Assembly: GCA_973851085.1 (NCBI GenBank)
Contig: OZ316776.1
Span: forward strand, 6,696,001 to 6,760,000
Length of the DNA: 64,000 nucleotides
From: Ptychomitrium polyphyllum
Taxonomy: Eukaryota
Reading direction: 5' to 3'
How positions within the stretch are numbered: position 1 is the first letter of the stretch; each line of letters opens with the position of its first letter. This document shows, piece after piece, positions 50,301 to 64,000 of this stretch. The position numbers and the translations under genes were made by a program. The notes under the pieces are model-generated. The model was given only the letters and a program-made list of their open reading frames with translations. It was not told where the DNA came from and searched no databases.

Positions 50301-53300
50301 ATATTTATGTTTTTTAGATAGTACAAAAGCTAAAAGGATTTCAATAGTTAAAAAAAAGTTCCAACTTAAATATTTCAACAACTAAGAAGAAAGTTCATTC
50401 CACAACATGAACTTTGCATTTAGAAAAGCACAAAGGAAACAAGCAAACAATCAATACCTAGTATCTAATTGTTGAAAACTTTTTAATCCTTCTGAATCTT
50501 GTCAAATTTCTTTTTTCAATCTTTTCACCATAACTTGCAAAAGAAAAAATTCTTACTCCTCTTGTGATAAAAGAACATTGCCTTAAGAAAGCACTAGGCC
50601 TCTTGTTGCTACTAATCACTCAAGAAATTGACAAGATGGTTTAATACAAATACAAATATTAGCAACCTTGATGAATTAAGGAATTTTAATACCATTTCTT
50701 ATATAATCCACATCACTCTTAAGTTCTTATTCCACACTCTTAACTCCACGTCACTCACACTCATACAAAACTCTCTTCTACTTCTCCACTACCAAAACTT
50801 AATAACCCTTAAGCTCACATCCCTCAATACAAACTTAGCCCTCAACACTAGAAAAGACAACTAACTCCTTCCACCAACCCCTAGAATCCTCCAGACCAGT
50901 CTGGCTCCCCTCGCCGCTCTCTGTATCTCGTTCCCCGTTCCCGTGTCGCCGATTTGCTGTTGCAGCTCTAGTTCACACTTACGGTTTTGGTTCTTACCAG
51001 CCAGGCTCCACGCGGCTGTTCTTGTAGCGCTCACCTAGCGGCGTTCCCCTCCGCCTCACCGAACTCGCTGACCCGCAACCGCAAGTCGGTAGTCCTTGCG
51101 GCCGCCACGTCTCTTCGACACGTCACCCCGCAGCCCGCAGCAGCTGTTCCCGCGGCTTGTCCCCTCGTCCCATGGAACCAGCCCTCAGCAGCCCGCGTTC
51201 ACAGTGGACCCTTTCAGTCCGCCTGCTCACCAGCGCCCGTCCCCATCACGGCCATTCCTTCTTCTCTTTAGCAATCTCTACCCCGTCCAACTCTAACTTG
51301 TATTTTTATTTATTTAATTTTTTTAAATTTTAATTTGAAGCACTGTAAATTTTACAGTACGACACCGCCGCCTCAGGTCACCTACGCCTTCCAAACCCAC
51401 GCTCAAAGATAACTGCGGCCAAGAATCACGAGGCCAAGGCGGTTTGGCTTCTAACGACCACTTTTGACGATCACATCACAAGTTGCTAAATTGTGATGTA
51501 TAAAAATAATCTTTTTCTACTCTTATCAACAAAGTAAGATATAAACCTCCAAGTCTTAGTAGACAAACAAGGTATTCTAATTTCTAAGAACAAATACATG
51601 CATCAAAAAGGGTTCTAAAATTTTAACAGTAGCAAGGGCAAGGTTCTAATAACAATTAAATAAAAGAACCAAATTTAATATTCCTGAACATGAGCTTATG
51701 AACATAAAAATCTTTATACATCAAAATGTTAATTGACCAAGGAACATTAGAAACAATATATTTGGAGGTACACTTTACAAAAACAAGGTAGTAATGTAGC
51801 ACAATTGTATTGGCACAACTTGAATGTCAAATAAAATGAAAAAAAATTCTTCAAAGATTGCAGAAATGCTTAAAAGTATTGTTGGAAACTACAACATATA
51901 TTATAATAATAAACAACACTAAACTTGGCAAAAAAAGGACCACACAAAAGTCATGCCAATCATATTTCTAATGGAAAGAGAATTAAGAGCTTTTGCAATA
52001 ATAATCCAAGTGGAAGGAAATAATCACAAAAAAAACAAGGATAGTATGTTGTCAAATCCGCTACCAATAGCTCAAGAAAACTAACATCTCCACAGGAAAA
52101 TAAGAGCTCTCCAACGAGACATCAAAGAAAAAAAAGATAACAAATCTAGATGGAACTGTTGAGAAGAGAGAGGTTTGAGACAAGAACCAACCTCCTACCA
52201 TGATGGGTGGCTCTAAATTCTAAACCTATCTAATAACCGTTTTTTTCCCAAGCTTACTAGGGAGTTTTCAAAAAAAACAATAGGATAAAAATTCTTCCTA
52301 GTTATTTGATTTTACCTAATGACTTATAACTTAAAGCCACTTCAACCTCAAATTAAGCTAGAAGCTATCATTTAAAATCCCAATTGACTAGGTTAACTTT
52401 AATACTTCTAAACATTAGCAAAATATGGAAAAATTAAACATAACTTTTTGATAAAACTCTTGGTAGCGCTCATATTTTTATATAATATTAGTGCGTCAAA
52501 TGCTTTTACTCAAGCTAGAATTTGGACCTAAGCCCTAATACATAGTTTCTTATTGAAGAGGTATTTGGCTATAATTTGATAAAAATATTACAATTCACAA
52601 AAATCTTTTGATGACCATGTTGTGTGTTCATAAAATGACAACGTTGATGAAAATGTGTGGAATGATCATATACTATGCTCAAAGAAATCTCCTTCTAGTC
52701 ACCACCATTAAAGATCAAACTTAGATTCATCCATTACCACCCTCCTTCCTCAAAAAAATAAACAAAAATCAAGTAAGCCAAAATCCATTGAAACCTTTGA
52801 GCGTCCCAAGCGTCCCTATCAATGAAGTCATTATCGATGATGTCATTTTGCAAAGAAACAAAATGATCAACGCTAACTTTCTCTTAACTCTAACATTTTT
52901 CTCAACTCAAAGATTAAGACCAAACACCTCACAAAAGAGAATAATTCATCGAGGATCAAAGTACCACCTAAGGTAGGAGCAACAGCCAAGCATAATCCTT
53001 AGGTACGTTTCTCTACGTTAGGTAACTAATCTGAAGGTATCTGGCCCTAATATAACGTGAATTCACAAACAGGTGGCACGAGTACTCCAACATGCGGATA
53101 GTGTTTTTCAGACACTAAATTAGCACGGCGAGCCACTGCAGACCACTGCAGAGTATATCAGAGTCACATCGTGCCCATACAACTGTACTGAAGAGTCGTC
53201 GTTTCCCTGCTGTTGGTTTGTCCTAATACCGTGGATTCTCCGCCCTAGTCCCGCGCCCTTGGCACCTGCGACCGTGGGGACATTTCCGAGGACGAGAGTG

Positions 53301-53465
53301 CGAGAGAGCGGACACAGATCGTTTGGTGCTGTGGGTTCGTTCTGTTTGATTGTTTGTTTGTTTGTTTGTTTGTTTTTCCTCTGTTTTTCTTCACGTGAAG
53401 TTTTTATCTTCTCTGTTGTGACTGCATTGCAGCAGCTTTTGCTGTGTGCGGATGCGAGCATTATC

Positions 53466-56388
53466 ATGGCTGCAATGCAGCGCATGGCTGCAGCTAACTT
53501 CAAATGGCACGCCCACGCTCTCGCACTCCCTGCCACTTGTTCCTCCTCGCAGTGTCGCGTTCTGTGTTGCCAGCCGTCACTTGGGTATGTGGATCCTTCA
53601 CGCTTTCGTCTCCTCGCACTTCGAAGCCAGTTCCTTTTCGATTTTTGTGAATGTTTTGGCTTCTGAATCGCGTAACATTCTTCAGTGACTCCTCTGAACT
53701 CCCTCACTAAAAAGGATCGTTCCGGCACCCAAAGTACAATATTTCGGTTGTTAAATCCTTGTTTTACTGATGATTGAGAGAATTTATGCACTTGCTGAAT
53801 GATCACCAAACTGTGTTCATGCCTTTATGCATTCACTGCCACATGCCCTCACTATCATATATTGTTGATTTCCTAATCTTCAAAGTGAGGGTGAGGGTGG
53901 GTATATTATTGATTTCCCAGTCTTCAGGGTGAGGGTGAGTTGCTTCAATTGCTGAAAAATGTAATGCGTCCCCTTCTTTCAAGTACGAAGCATTTTTGTT
54001 TTTGGAGAATCGTTGAGCGGAAGATGGTGGATGGACAGTCACTGTCGCTGTACCGCCGTACAAGTACTTTCGTTTGAGTGATTATGGATTTTCCGTCGGA
54101 TTTTTTCAGTGTCTTCGCATTGTGTTGTGATGCAGGGATCGAGAAACAGGCGAGGATGTATTGCCAGAGGTAATTCGTGGTGTCATCTCTTTGTGTCTTT
54201 AAGGAGACGTGACCTCCAAGTCCGTATTGGAAATTGATAGTAGAGTTAGAGCGTAATGTGCCACTTTTTGTGATTTCATGATGCTACAAAAATTCATTTT
54301 TATAGAGAGCTTTGAGACTAGAATCTGGGCTGCCGATCTTTGCATGTATCTGAAGGGAATTTGTATAGAGATTGAGGTTCTGGCATTGGTGTAGGCTATG
54401 GCCATCACTTTACTACCAATATGAATTCAGCAGATTGAAGTGAAATTCAGGGACATTGCGTTTAGCATGATCTTTGAATATACTGCAATTTCTCGCAGTT
54501 GAGCTGATAGTTGTTCTGGACAGATTACCATACCCGCACGGGGAGATGGCATGGATAGACGAGCGGATTTGAAGCAGCTTATGACCGAGGCAGAGCAGAG
54601 TAAGCGCGTAACAGACAATGGATGATGAAGCCGCTAGAGCGCTACAAATTTTCTTGTTTCGTGTTCTTCAGTTACCATGTCCATAGATTCTTATTTGTGT
54701 GTGCATCAAAAATCTTTTACAAATACACCTAACACGTTATTCAGAATACTACAAATGCCAAACTGTGTTTCACAAAAAAAATGGCTCATGCTGGGCCTGA
54801 ATTAGGACTACCAAACAGGTTTACCCTGACTTTCAGAATGCCAACATTTTAAAGGAAGGTTTATTTGAGCAATTCTTGTTTCTCTGTCAAGTTTTTGCTT
54901 TTTCCTGCCAACATTGTTCCTTTAATGCTTCAACTCTGCTTTTATTTTATCAGCTGACGTGTGAGTTGCAATGGGGTAAGCCAGACATTTTACACATAAA
55001 CAGAGTGCGAGTTATGGCTCTCGAGAAACTGCAGAAGGTTGAGCGCGAGAAGGACTTGCTTGGAGCTCGCATTGCACAATTGAAAGCAGAAAACGAAGCC
55101 AGCATGGCCGAGTGTAAATTACTGCGTCAAAAAGCTAAGCAACTTGAAGTAACAAAACTTGTTTCAGGACATCAAGGTCGATCTTAACGCTTACTCCCCA
55201 TTGCACGAAAATGGAAGGTTGCATAATGATTTATAGACTCTACTTTTAACAAAGCATGAATCAATTGTGTATAGGTTGTCACCAAGGTATCCTCTCAGTT
55301 CGTTGCTTTTTCTGTAACCTAAGCACTTCTCGAATGTTTCATGATTATCTAGGCTAGTCATCATTAGTAGCTGCTATTATCTTTTAGTTAATGATTACTG
55401 TTTAGCTGTCTTACGTGGAGCGTAAATCTTGCGTCAATTGTGGAACTTACAATTTTTTTTCTGAAATGTGGATTGTGCACTGCAGAAAGGTCTGCAGAGT
55501 TAATGAAACGGTTCAAAGTTAGCAGAAAGACATATGATCCCCCATCACTATGGAGTGATCTTCTCTTGCGTATAGATGCAATGACGTTGACTGGAATACT
55601 TCAGATAGAGCAGGCCGCATGTTTGCGCAAACTCGTTTGGGCACGTGATGCACAGACTGCTGACTTGTTTGTCAATCTTGTGGATGGAGCTGATGCGGAG
55701 CTTGCTGCGGAACTTCTTTCAATGACAAATGCAACTAGAAGGTACGAGAATCTTGTCATTGACCATAAAACGTGAATCTATTACATGTGACACCTCTCAA
55801 TCAGAAAGTTTTATTTCGTGTTTTAATATAAACTTTGACATGAAGTTATGTTATTTGAGGTACACAGGCCATATTACCTCCTGTCTCTATTGAAGCAAAC
55901 GACAGTCTGCTCTACGACCTGTAGGTTACAGTGCTGTGCTTTTGGAGTTTTACACAGTTTGCTATCTTGAGCTTTAGTTCTTTTGATATTTTCTAAGATC
56001 TCTGCGACTCAGAGTATTACCTATAAATCACTATTCAACTAGATAACTGCAACACTCATTGTGTCATTTTAGCAACAGATAGGGTAGATCTTTCCGGTAC
56101 ATGTTTTTCTTTCACTAATTTTGAGGTGTTCTGTGGGTGTCATCCTTTTGAAGGCGGGGCCTCCACATTGTCCATATATGTACAGAGATGGCGCCTGTTG
56201 CCCAATCTGGATCAAAATCATTTTATATAACCAACCTATCTAAGGCGCTCCGACGGAAGGGGCACTTAGTGGAAGTCATCCTTCCCAAGTATACTCTCAA
56301 CTATTTTTATTGCTCAAAGTTTATAAGGGATAAAGGCACTTATTCTTTCTCTTTCGTAGAGAGTTTAGAACCCTGCTTTAAGCTCTGT

Positions 56389-56456
<68 letters not shown>

Positions 56457-59400
56457 TATATATATATGGATTGTACAGATACGATTCTATGGACCTTAGT
56501 GCAGTGGACAACCTTCAAGAAATCAAGACAGATTTGTACGTAAGTTTTGGCAATCAATGGCACAAGAACAGAATCTGGACAGGGTGAGACACGCTGCTGT
56601 TCAATCCTTGGTACTTGCATTGCCTCTTCATTCTGTGGGTTATGAGATTCTTCGCCACCTTCTTGGGATGCCAAACTTTGCCTCTATTGTCTTGCCTTCA
56701 TGACAACCTTTGGATTTCTTCTTATTACTCATTTTGTGTCATTCTCAAGGAAACGTCAATCTGCTCTACTTGCAGGACTGTGTATGGAATAGCCGTAACC
56801 CTTTTAGAGTCTCATCATCCTGGTAAGTTTTTTGCTCGCGAGGAGTTTTACGGCTATAATGACGACTTCGAGAGGTAAGACAGCAGTGCTTTTTTGGGCT
56901 AAAGTTCATCACAGCCAAGCATTAAAATGTGTTTTGAGTGTGGTGCTTTTTGAGGACACTGAACTTCCTATGTCTCTGGAATAGATTCACGTACTTCTGC
57001 AAACTGTCTTTGGAATATTTGCTGAGGTTGGGGAAACAAGCAGATATACTTCATCTACATGACTGGCAAACAGCTGCGGTAGCTCCAATGTTCTGGGAAC
57101 AGTATGCCCACCAAGTATGCTTCTAGTATCTAGACGCCATTTCTTTTTTTTAATTCTTCTTAAATTCTAGACTATGAATGAACCTGTAAGTCATTTCGTT
57201 ATCTTGCCTTGCCGCCGTGTTCCAGTATGCATTGTTGTTCATCACGCCTTGTCATTTTCAACTGGCCTCTTAATGCATGTGATATGACAATATTCGACAG
57301 GGCTTGCAAGATACACGTCTTACGTTGACTTGCCATGATTTCAAGTATCAGGTAACTACATACTGTATGCATGTTGATCATGCATATATCCCCTCTGGAT
57401 GAACTAAATAAGTTAAATGAGTCCGCGCTTTATTTCTGGTATCCTATAAAGTCCTACTATTTGTCATTCGACTAGGAACTAGTTTTAGTGAAATTGAGGC
57501 CTCATAGACTTTTTCATTTTTTTGCTGTAGTGATTCAATAGCAATTGCTTAACTATTTCAAGGCGTCAGTAGTGATATTATTAGCACATTGATCAATGGA
57601 GGACAGTCTGAGATTGATATCGAGAAGATTTTCTCCTATTATCACTGATATCTCATTGATTACCTATCATAGTGCCTTCGAGATCCCGAGAAGCTGTCTA
57701 TCATTGGATTGAACCCAGGAAAATTAGATAGGCCTGATCGTCTACAGGATGACTTCGAACCCTGTTTTATCAATATGCTCAAGGTAAGAAGTAAATTCCG
57801 ACTCTGAAAACGTTTTTGACCAAAGTTATTTCGTTTATGGTACTTCTGTGTTGGAATGTCACCTCGGCATTCTAGCAATCTGAGTGACGTTACTTTCAGA
57901 AGTTATTTGTGATGGTTACTTGATTAAATACTGAAAGGAGTTTCATTTAACCACCTCATATGATCATCAACGCTCTCTAGGAAATCCTTGCGATATGAAG
58001 CAATTTTATCAGCTCATATTTGCAGTTACTATTTGACGTTTGTAACATCTAAATTTGGAATGTTCAAATATAGGGTGGAATTGTGTACTCGAACAAAGTT
58101 ACCACCGTCTCTCCAATATATGCAGCTGATCTTTTGACCGAGCAGTTTGGCTATGACATGCACGTGGCCTTAAATACTCATAAGTACGTACAGTTTTTAA
58201 TCCTCACTGTAAGAACGGGAGAAATGTAGCACTTCAGAAGTATTCAGTCGTTACAGAAAGCTTGACTACCATTGTTCAATGTATAGGATCGAAGTATGAA
58301 ATTTTATTATACTTAAAACTATGTGGGGCACGAAGGGCTTCATGAATACTTCAGTTATGTCAAATCCTGATAATTATTTTACGTCGCGCAATCAGGGATA
58401 AGTTTATTGGCATATACAATGGTCTAGATGATACATTGTGGGACCCTGCACTTGATTCTGCACTTCCGGAGACATATTCTCTAGAGAAAATGGCAGGCAA
58501 ATCCATCTGCAAGGAAATGCTGCGACAAGAATTGGGTTTACCAATGGTGGACGATTCTGTGCCTTTGGTAAGTACCTTGTCTTCATACATTTCTGCGACA
58601 TTGCTGAGTTTTATTCGCTTGCAGGATATCTGCAAACATTCTTATCGCTAAGATGAGAGGGTTCTATTGCTGTCAGAGATGTTGTATTCAGAAGCAATCT
58701 ATTTTTTAGTGTAGAATGTTTGATATTAAGCAGCTGAAATTGTTATTGTTTCAATCTGAATGCATTACAAGCATTAACGAGAACGGGTGTTGCTATTTTG
58801 ACTACATTCATTACGTATCCAATAATATCTGCGGGAGATACTTTCTGTTATGTGAATATACTTTTCATGTTGCCTACGCATGTAGGTTGGCTGCATTTTA
58901 TTTGAAAATTCAGAGGTGGACCTGGATTTGATAAGAGCAGCGTCGAAATGTGCTGTAGGAGAAGCAGCTCAGGTTCTTGAAATTTCTCTTAGGAATTTCA
59001 AGCTTACGAAATTTATGACGCTCTGTCTCTAGAATCTACAGCTGAAATGAGTAATTACTACAATTACGGCTGCTCATGCCAGTTTGTTGTTAGAGAAGCT
59101 TGGTTATGAACTCGAATGGATCAAACTATATTTGTAGTGTTCATGCATTAGTGCTGTTATCTTTGATTCGTCTCTCGAGGGTTGCTACGCTTTTCATATA
59201 TTCTTGTTATTTTTTACCACTTGGTTGCCCGTAGTCATCATATATGCTCCTTGTTTTGCAACTGCAGTTTGTTTGTGCTGTCCACAATAATTCTGAGCTA
59301 GGGATTCGTCCGATTGACAAGCGGATTGATACGGTGAATTTCGCACTTCAAGTATCTTAATGAATTTAAAATCAAAATTAAACTACCTGATGTCTTCTTG

Positions 59401-59842
59401 AAAATGTGGTTTGTTGAACGATTTCGCATGTGTCAGCAAAGTGGGTTGGTTTGTGAGTCTCAGGATGCAAATGTCCGACTTCTAGATTCCAGCGATGAAG
59501 CTCTGCTCCACCGAATCGTGGCAGCTTCAGACATTCTTTTTTGTCCAGATATTCTCGAGCCTACAGGCCAGTCAGCGGTACGTATGTCATCTCTATCTAC
59601 ATTCAGACTCAACTTATTTTTATTCCGTGTTCAGTACAGTTCCTTAGGCAAAGGAGTGATTTATGCTTGGAAGACGAAAACCCTTTTGAAGTGTCATCCA
59701 TGACTTCCAGGTCTCCCTAATCAGCTTTCCGCTAGTTTTGGTGCTGATAACATGTGATAACGCTCGCTAATTTGTTACAGATGATTGCAATGCGGTATGG
59801 TGCGATACCTGTTGCACGCCAAGTTCGTGGCGTTTTTGCCAG
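53466..59842 (+). CDS. Non-canonical starch synthase, SS5-like (SS4/SS5 clade GT5), at least 17 exons; terminal exon uncertain
   Basis: Transit-peptide-like exon 53466-53584, then a coiled coil (ILHINRVRVMALEKLQKVEREKDLL) and the SS4/5 motif LWSDLLLRIDAM. GT5 motifs GLHIVHICTEMAPVAQSGSKSFYITNL...VEVILPKY, YGYNDDFERFTYF, ADILHLHDWQTAAV, LKGGIVYSNKVTTVSP and GIYNGLDDTLWDP. GT1 part DILFCPDILEPTGQSA|MIAMRYGAIPVAR. Consistent GT-AG exons up to the donor at 59843. Confidence 0.88.
56391..56453 (+). repeat. (TA)n microsatellite, ~31 units, in a starch synthase intron
   Basis: Read directly; ends about 25 nt before the acceptor at 56478. Confidence 0.97.
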
Positions 59843-61441
59843 GTGAGTCTGATGCCACTCAGACATCACCGCTGCGATTAACTTATGCGTTGATTTTTAA
59901 GACAATGAGATTTATAGCATATCTCCTGCTTGTAGACTAATTTTTTTTAAAAGAACTGTTCGTAGTTACAAGTTTTATACGGTGGCATACATTTGGTTGG
60001 CAGTGTAACGGATGTGGATGAGAAGCAACATAACATGTCACAAGCAACAGGCTTTTCATTTTATGATCGTCATGCTTCTGATGCAACAAGATCCGTACGT
60101 AATGCTTTACATTACTTGGTATGTGCCCAACTTGTTCTGTTTGATTACCAAAATCACAAGTTACGCTGACTACTCTTGTAACCAATGTTCGCTGGTGAAG
60201 CTAAATTCTCTGATTGATTTAAGAATGGATGCAAATTGTTTCAATTATCCAAATAGTACTCCAGTTATCTGACTATTCCTTCCCTAAACACTAGAAGCTA
60301 ACACTACAACTGACATTGCAGAAACGCCATCCTCAATATTGGTCAACGCTTGTTCGAAATTGCATGTCCAAGGACTTATCGTGGGACACGAATTGTGTGG
60401 AGGCATATGAAGCTGCATACTGGTCGGTTTTGAGAGTCTGATTTGTTTTATGCCATGATAGGGAAGCTTGAATATCAAGTTCAGGTTCTTGTCATCCTAG
60501 GATCTATTCATCTAGATACCCGAGGATAATCATTCGGAAAGCACTTTCTACATTTAATTATATGTAACGATGTTATTAAGTTGCTGATGCGAGTACTTTC
60601 CCGAGCTTACACTTGTTACAGCAAAATTATACAGTCCTACTTATCTTGGATGAGCCATAGCCAAATTCAATAAATATTTACAGGTCACCCTTTTGAGGAT
60701 ACTTATTAGCTTGACCACTTGTTATGAAGAAGGATTTATTTCTTCTTACCTCTTTCTGGATACCGGTACGGATAGGAGATAGGCTCTCACTATCAATTGA
60801 TTGAAGGATCAAGGCTAACACGTTTTGTAATCTATTTTTGTTTGATTATGAAAGCGAATTATAGTAGGGTTGGAAAACGTTATTAACTCCCGAGGCCAGG
60901 CCATGTATAAGTGCGAGTATATCCTGCCAGTTTCTTATATAGGGGCTTTGTCTTAATCTCACGTTTCGTTGCAGAGTGATGTGCACATGTATTGTATGGC
61001 AGCAGACAATTAGATGAAATTTGGCCTTCACAGTTGCTCCACCCTCAACATACAACTTGGCTGAATTGGGAGAACTCACATCCAAAAATGAGGTTTGCCT
61101 TCCTCCCTTACTGATTCAGAGGTGTGCATTAGTCTGCTCTTCCTACTTTGGGATGTAAAGTTGTAATTAGACTTCTTTCTGAATGTTGGGCCCTCTTATG
61201 TTGAATAGGTTCACAAATATGGAACTGATGTTATATGATACACTCTCTTGTTGAATTGCAGAAACGATCAGACCAAGACATCAAACTACGTCAGATTACA
61301 AATGTAGCAAACTCCAGTCGTTACAATCTTAAATTGATAAAGTAATTGATGCGTGACGTCAGAGCTTTGTCCTCAGTGGCGATCTTTGAAGCTGCAGTTT
61401 GACTAAGTAATCTGGCATAACTTAGTCCTGAATGTTAATTT

Positions 61442-64000
61442 TCACCCACAGAGGTGGCTGAATAAAGACCTAGGGATTTTCCCGGTGCGGCGAATGTAAT
61501 CTGACCGAGTGGCTGTCTTTGCCGCTTGCTCACACCGAACGGCCTCAGCTTTCGCTCGGAGATCCTCTGCTCTTCGTCGAGCTGCTGCCAGCTTGTTCAT
61601 CAGCTTTTCGTTCGCATGAGACCTCATTCGCTCCACCTTCACCTGGAAAGATCACTCAACGATAGTACTAGTTAGTCGAATTATCTATTTCTTTCTTCAT
61701 TTATTCCATTTTCTAAGGACCTATTAGCTGACTTTAAACTGAATTTTCACGCTAAAAGAATGTCAGATGTGACAACTGATTAGTGAGACACAGGTTCAAT
61801 ATTTAGTGTTCTCAACAGACTTAATTTTCATATGTCTTTGAGACACAAATCATATGATGCGCGGACACCTAGAATGATGAAGCGAGGTATGTATTTAAAG
61901 CATGGACAGGGTACGTATACTAATGAATATACAAATAGTACAACTGTATACTACTCCAAAGGCAAGGATTCTCTGTCCTGACAAAGATCTGGTCTGACAT
62001 AAGTGTTGCTCTCAAGGTAAAGAATGGTAAGTTAAAATGCTTTAAGCTAATGCAGGATGAGCTTCATTCCATTCATGACACTGCAAGCACTTCGGACGCT
62101 CCGAGCTTTAACTACCCAAGCATTAAAGCGCTCTTTAAAGAGAGCAGGGCGTGGTGCAACTAATGATGACTGTGGTACGAGCAGCTTCAAATTATAGGAT
62201 TGGAACGAAGGTGTACTGATCTTTCTCGTCTCCAACTTGTTTACTTCGACTAAGGTAAGTAGTTCGCCATTACGAGAGATATAGGAGAGATATAGACCGT
62301 CAGATTTGGCTTACAGTATGATATTGTTTTGTTACGATTGAGGACCGTATGCGATTAATATACCGTTTAATACTTTCAGTGCTATGAAACCTACTAAGTT
62401 CGTTAGTGCTACAGAGAAAATGAAAAGAATACTGGTTAAATGCAGGCCCAATACTCTAGGTTCTCTCTGGTTCCAAGATTCTCTGACACAAAAATTATCG
62501 AGGTCCCTTATTAGTGATTTCGAAGAATGTGAGCCTGACGACCTCAAAAACATCCCTGCCATGTTGACAGGATGACAGAAGAATCTCACCCCTAAGGAAC
62601 GTGACAAAGTTAGTTTACAAGTTATGTGTGAATCTAGAAATGAATCAATAAGACATAATACTTTCAATTTTGTTTTTATCTTTTTGACGCATTTGCTGTC
62701 CTGTTTAGCAGAGCTTCGTATTATAGACAGCAACAATCACACTGGTTGTCAGAGGAACCCAGTTGTCAAGGTGAGACCCACGAACCTCGACTCTGCGCAT
62801 TTCAGCTTCCGCTTTGGCTTTCTCATGGTTTTCCCATGCTTGAATTTTGGCTTCCTCACGCTTGAATCTGGACAGATCGAGTTATACGAACTTAGAATTG
62901 CAAGGATCTATTTCACAGAATTTCCATTAAAACACAACTCATGCCAATAGAATGATAAGGCTAACCTAAAATTCTACAGTGACGATCTCTGAACACCCTC
63001 TCTCGAAGGGAGAATTCCAGAGTGAAAACATTGTTCCACTAAAGAAATCCAACGGAGTTTGTGCGTGTAGTCCCCAGACTAGACTTATACACTCACTGTC
63101 ACATGCCCTCACTGTCATTTTTATGTTGATTTCCCATTTTGCAAGGTAACTCCGCTTGCCAAAGGTAACTCCAAACTGTGGAAGAATTTTGTGAGTGTTT
63201 CTTTCTCAATATTAAGTGAAACATAGAATAACTTGAGTCATACCTTAACATTCTTGAGCAGGTGAAGCAAATTCTCTCACCTCTAATAGCAGAAAATCAG
63301 CAAAAGAATGAGGGTATGTGGTAGTGATCACGAAGGTATGACTCGAGTTTGGTGGCGTGTTGCACATACTCCCTCAATCTTGTGTGGAACAAGGCGGAGC
63401 GGGTATCCAGACGGGTGAGTGAAGAATGTTATGATAGAATGTTGTGGCATATCATGTCATGATTCAGGTTGAAGAATGTAGTAGGGAAGCGATGTCGATG
63501 TGCAGTACCTGGCAGTGTATTTGGCCTGTTCAGCCTCTTCCCAAGCGGCGGCGCGACTTGCCAACAGATTCTTTCGCACTTCTTCCATCTCCATACTCGC
63601 CTTGAGCGCTTGCGCTGCGTCGGCCTCTTCTTCCTCCTTCGTAGCCCACGCTGCAATGTTGGCCTTCCCGAGCTGAGTGCCCAGTGCCAGAATCTCTGCC
63701 CGCGTCTTCTCCTTTCCTGACAATGCATGGCTCGCTTTGCCTGCAGCTTCCAGCGCCTTGGGACCACCCACCTTAGAATTTTCTTTTAAGCCGGCGCTTG
63801 CAGGCGTGGTGTTCTTGGTCCTTCCTGGCGACGAGGGGCGTGAGATCGCAGGGCTGCCGAGGTTGGGCGTGGTGGCCATTAACGGAGTGGCAGTGCGGGA
63901 GGGGTCCACGCTGGCCATGGGGGTCATCTCAGTGCCCATGTCGCGCATGCATACGGTTCGCATGTTCGGAGGGTCCACATATAGGGGTGTGTCGCTGGGG
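61442..64000 (-). CDS. Remorin (long-N-terminus, group 6-like), 3' part
   Basis: Exons >64000-63509, 62867-62786 and 61642-61442 join in frame: RDMGTEMTPMAS...SRTATP...LGKANIAAWATKEEE...RAAAWEEAEQAKYTAR|FKREEAKIQAWENHEKAKAEAEMRRVE|VKVERMRSHANEKLMNKLAAARRRAE...IRRTGKIP...HLCG*. This is the Remorin_C coiled coil with a terminal Cys. Confidence 0.93.

Noticed and set aside
49955..50385. ORFs with poly-RI, poly-KN and poly-FL
   Set aside because: Translation artefacts of the microsatellite.
53120..53809. 229-aa minus-strand ORF
   Set aside because: Overlaps the 5' UTR, first exon and intron of the SS5-like gene in antisense; no domain, and includes a translated (AAAC)n tract.

Overview
Eukaryotic nuclear DNA, most likely from a moss (inferred from the PLS-PPR sequence style, the chromovirus-type LTR element, intron style and long AT-rich intergenic blocks). 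Left to right: the 5' part of a PLS-class PPR gene (minus, runs off the left edge); a disrupted SH4/ASR3-like trihelix transcription factor gene; a 3-exon Gly/Tyr-rich protein with an ABA/WDS (ASR)-like C-terminus; and a full-length but decayed Ty3/Gypsy chromovirus (11764-19501). That element carries a nested solo LTR with a perfect 5-bp TSD and is inserted into the left end of a 25-bp minisatellite. Then: a 14-exon TTC38-like TPR gene with two GC-AG introns; possible spliced non-coding or decayed units; a solo LTR of the same chromovirus family; an orphan coding exon; an AP2/ERF-like gene with a premature stop; a compound microsatellite; a non-canonical SS5-like starch synthase; and the 3' part of a remorin gene (minus, runs off the right edge). 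The most notable unexplained signals are in the retroelement (heat-shock-element arrays in the LTR, a Tf1-like self-priming PBS, conserved-loop leader hairpins, a -1 frameshift signal) and a perfect 38-bp inverted repeat covering the last 3' splice site of the TTC38-like gene. All calls come from reading by eye; no searches were run.
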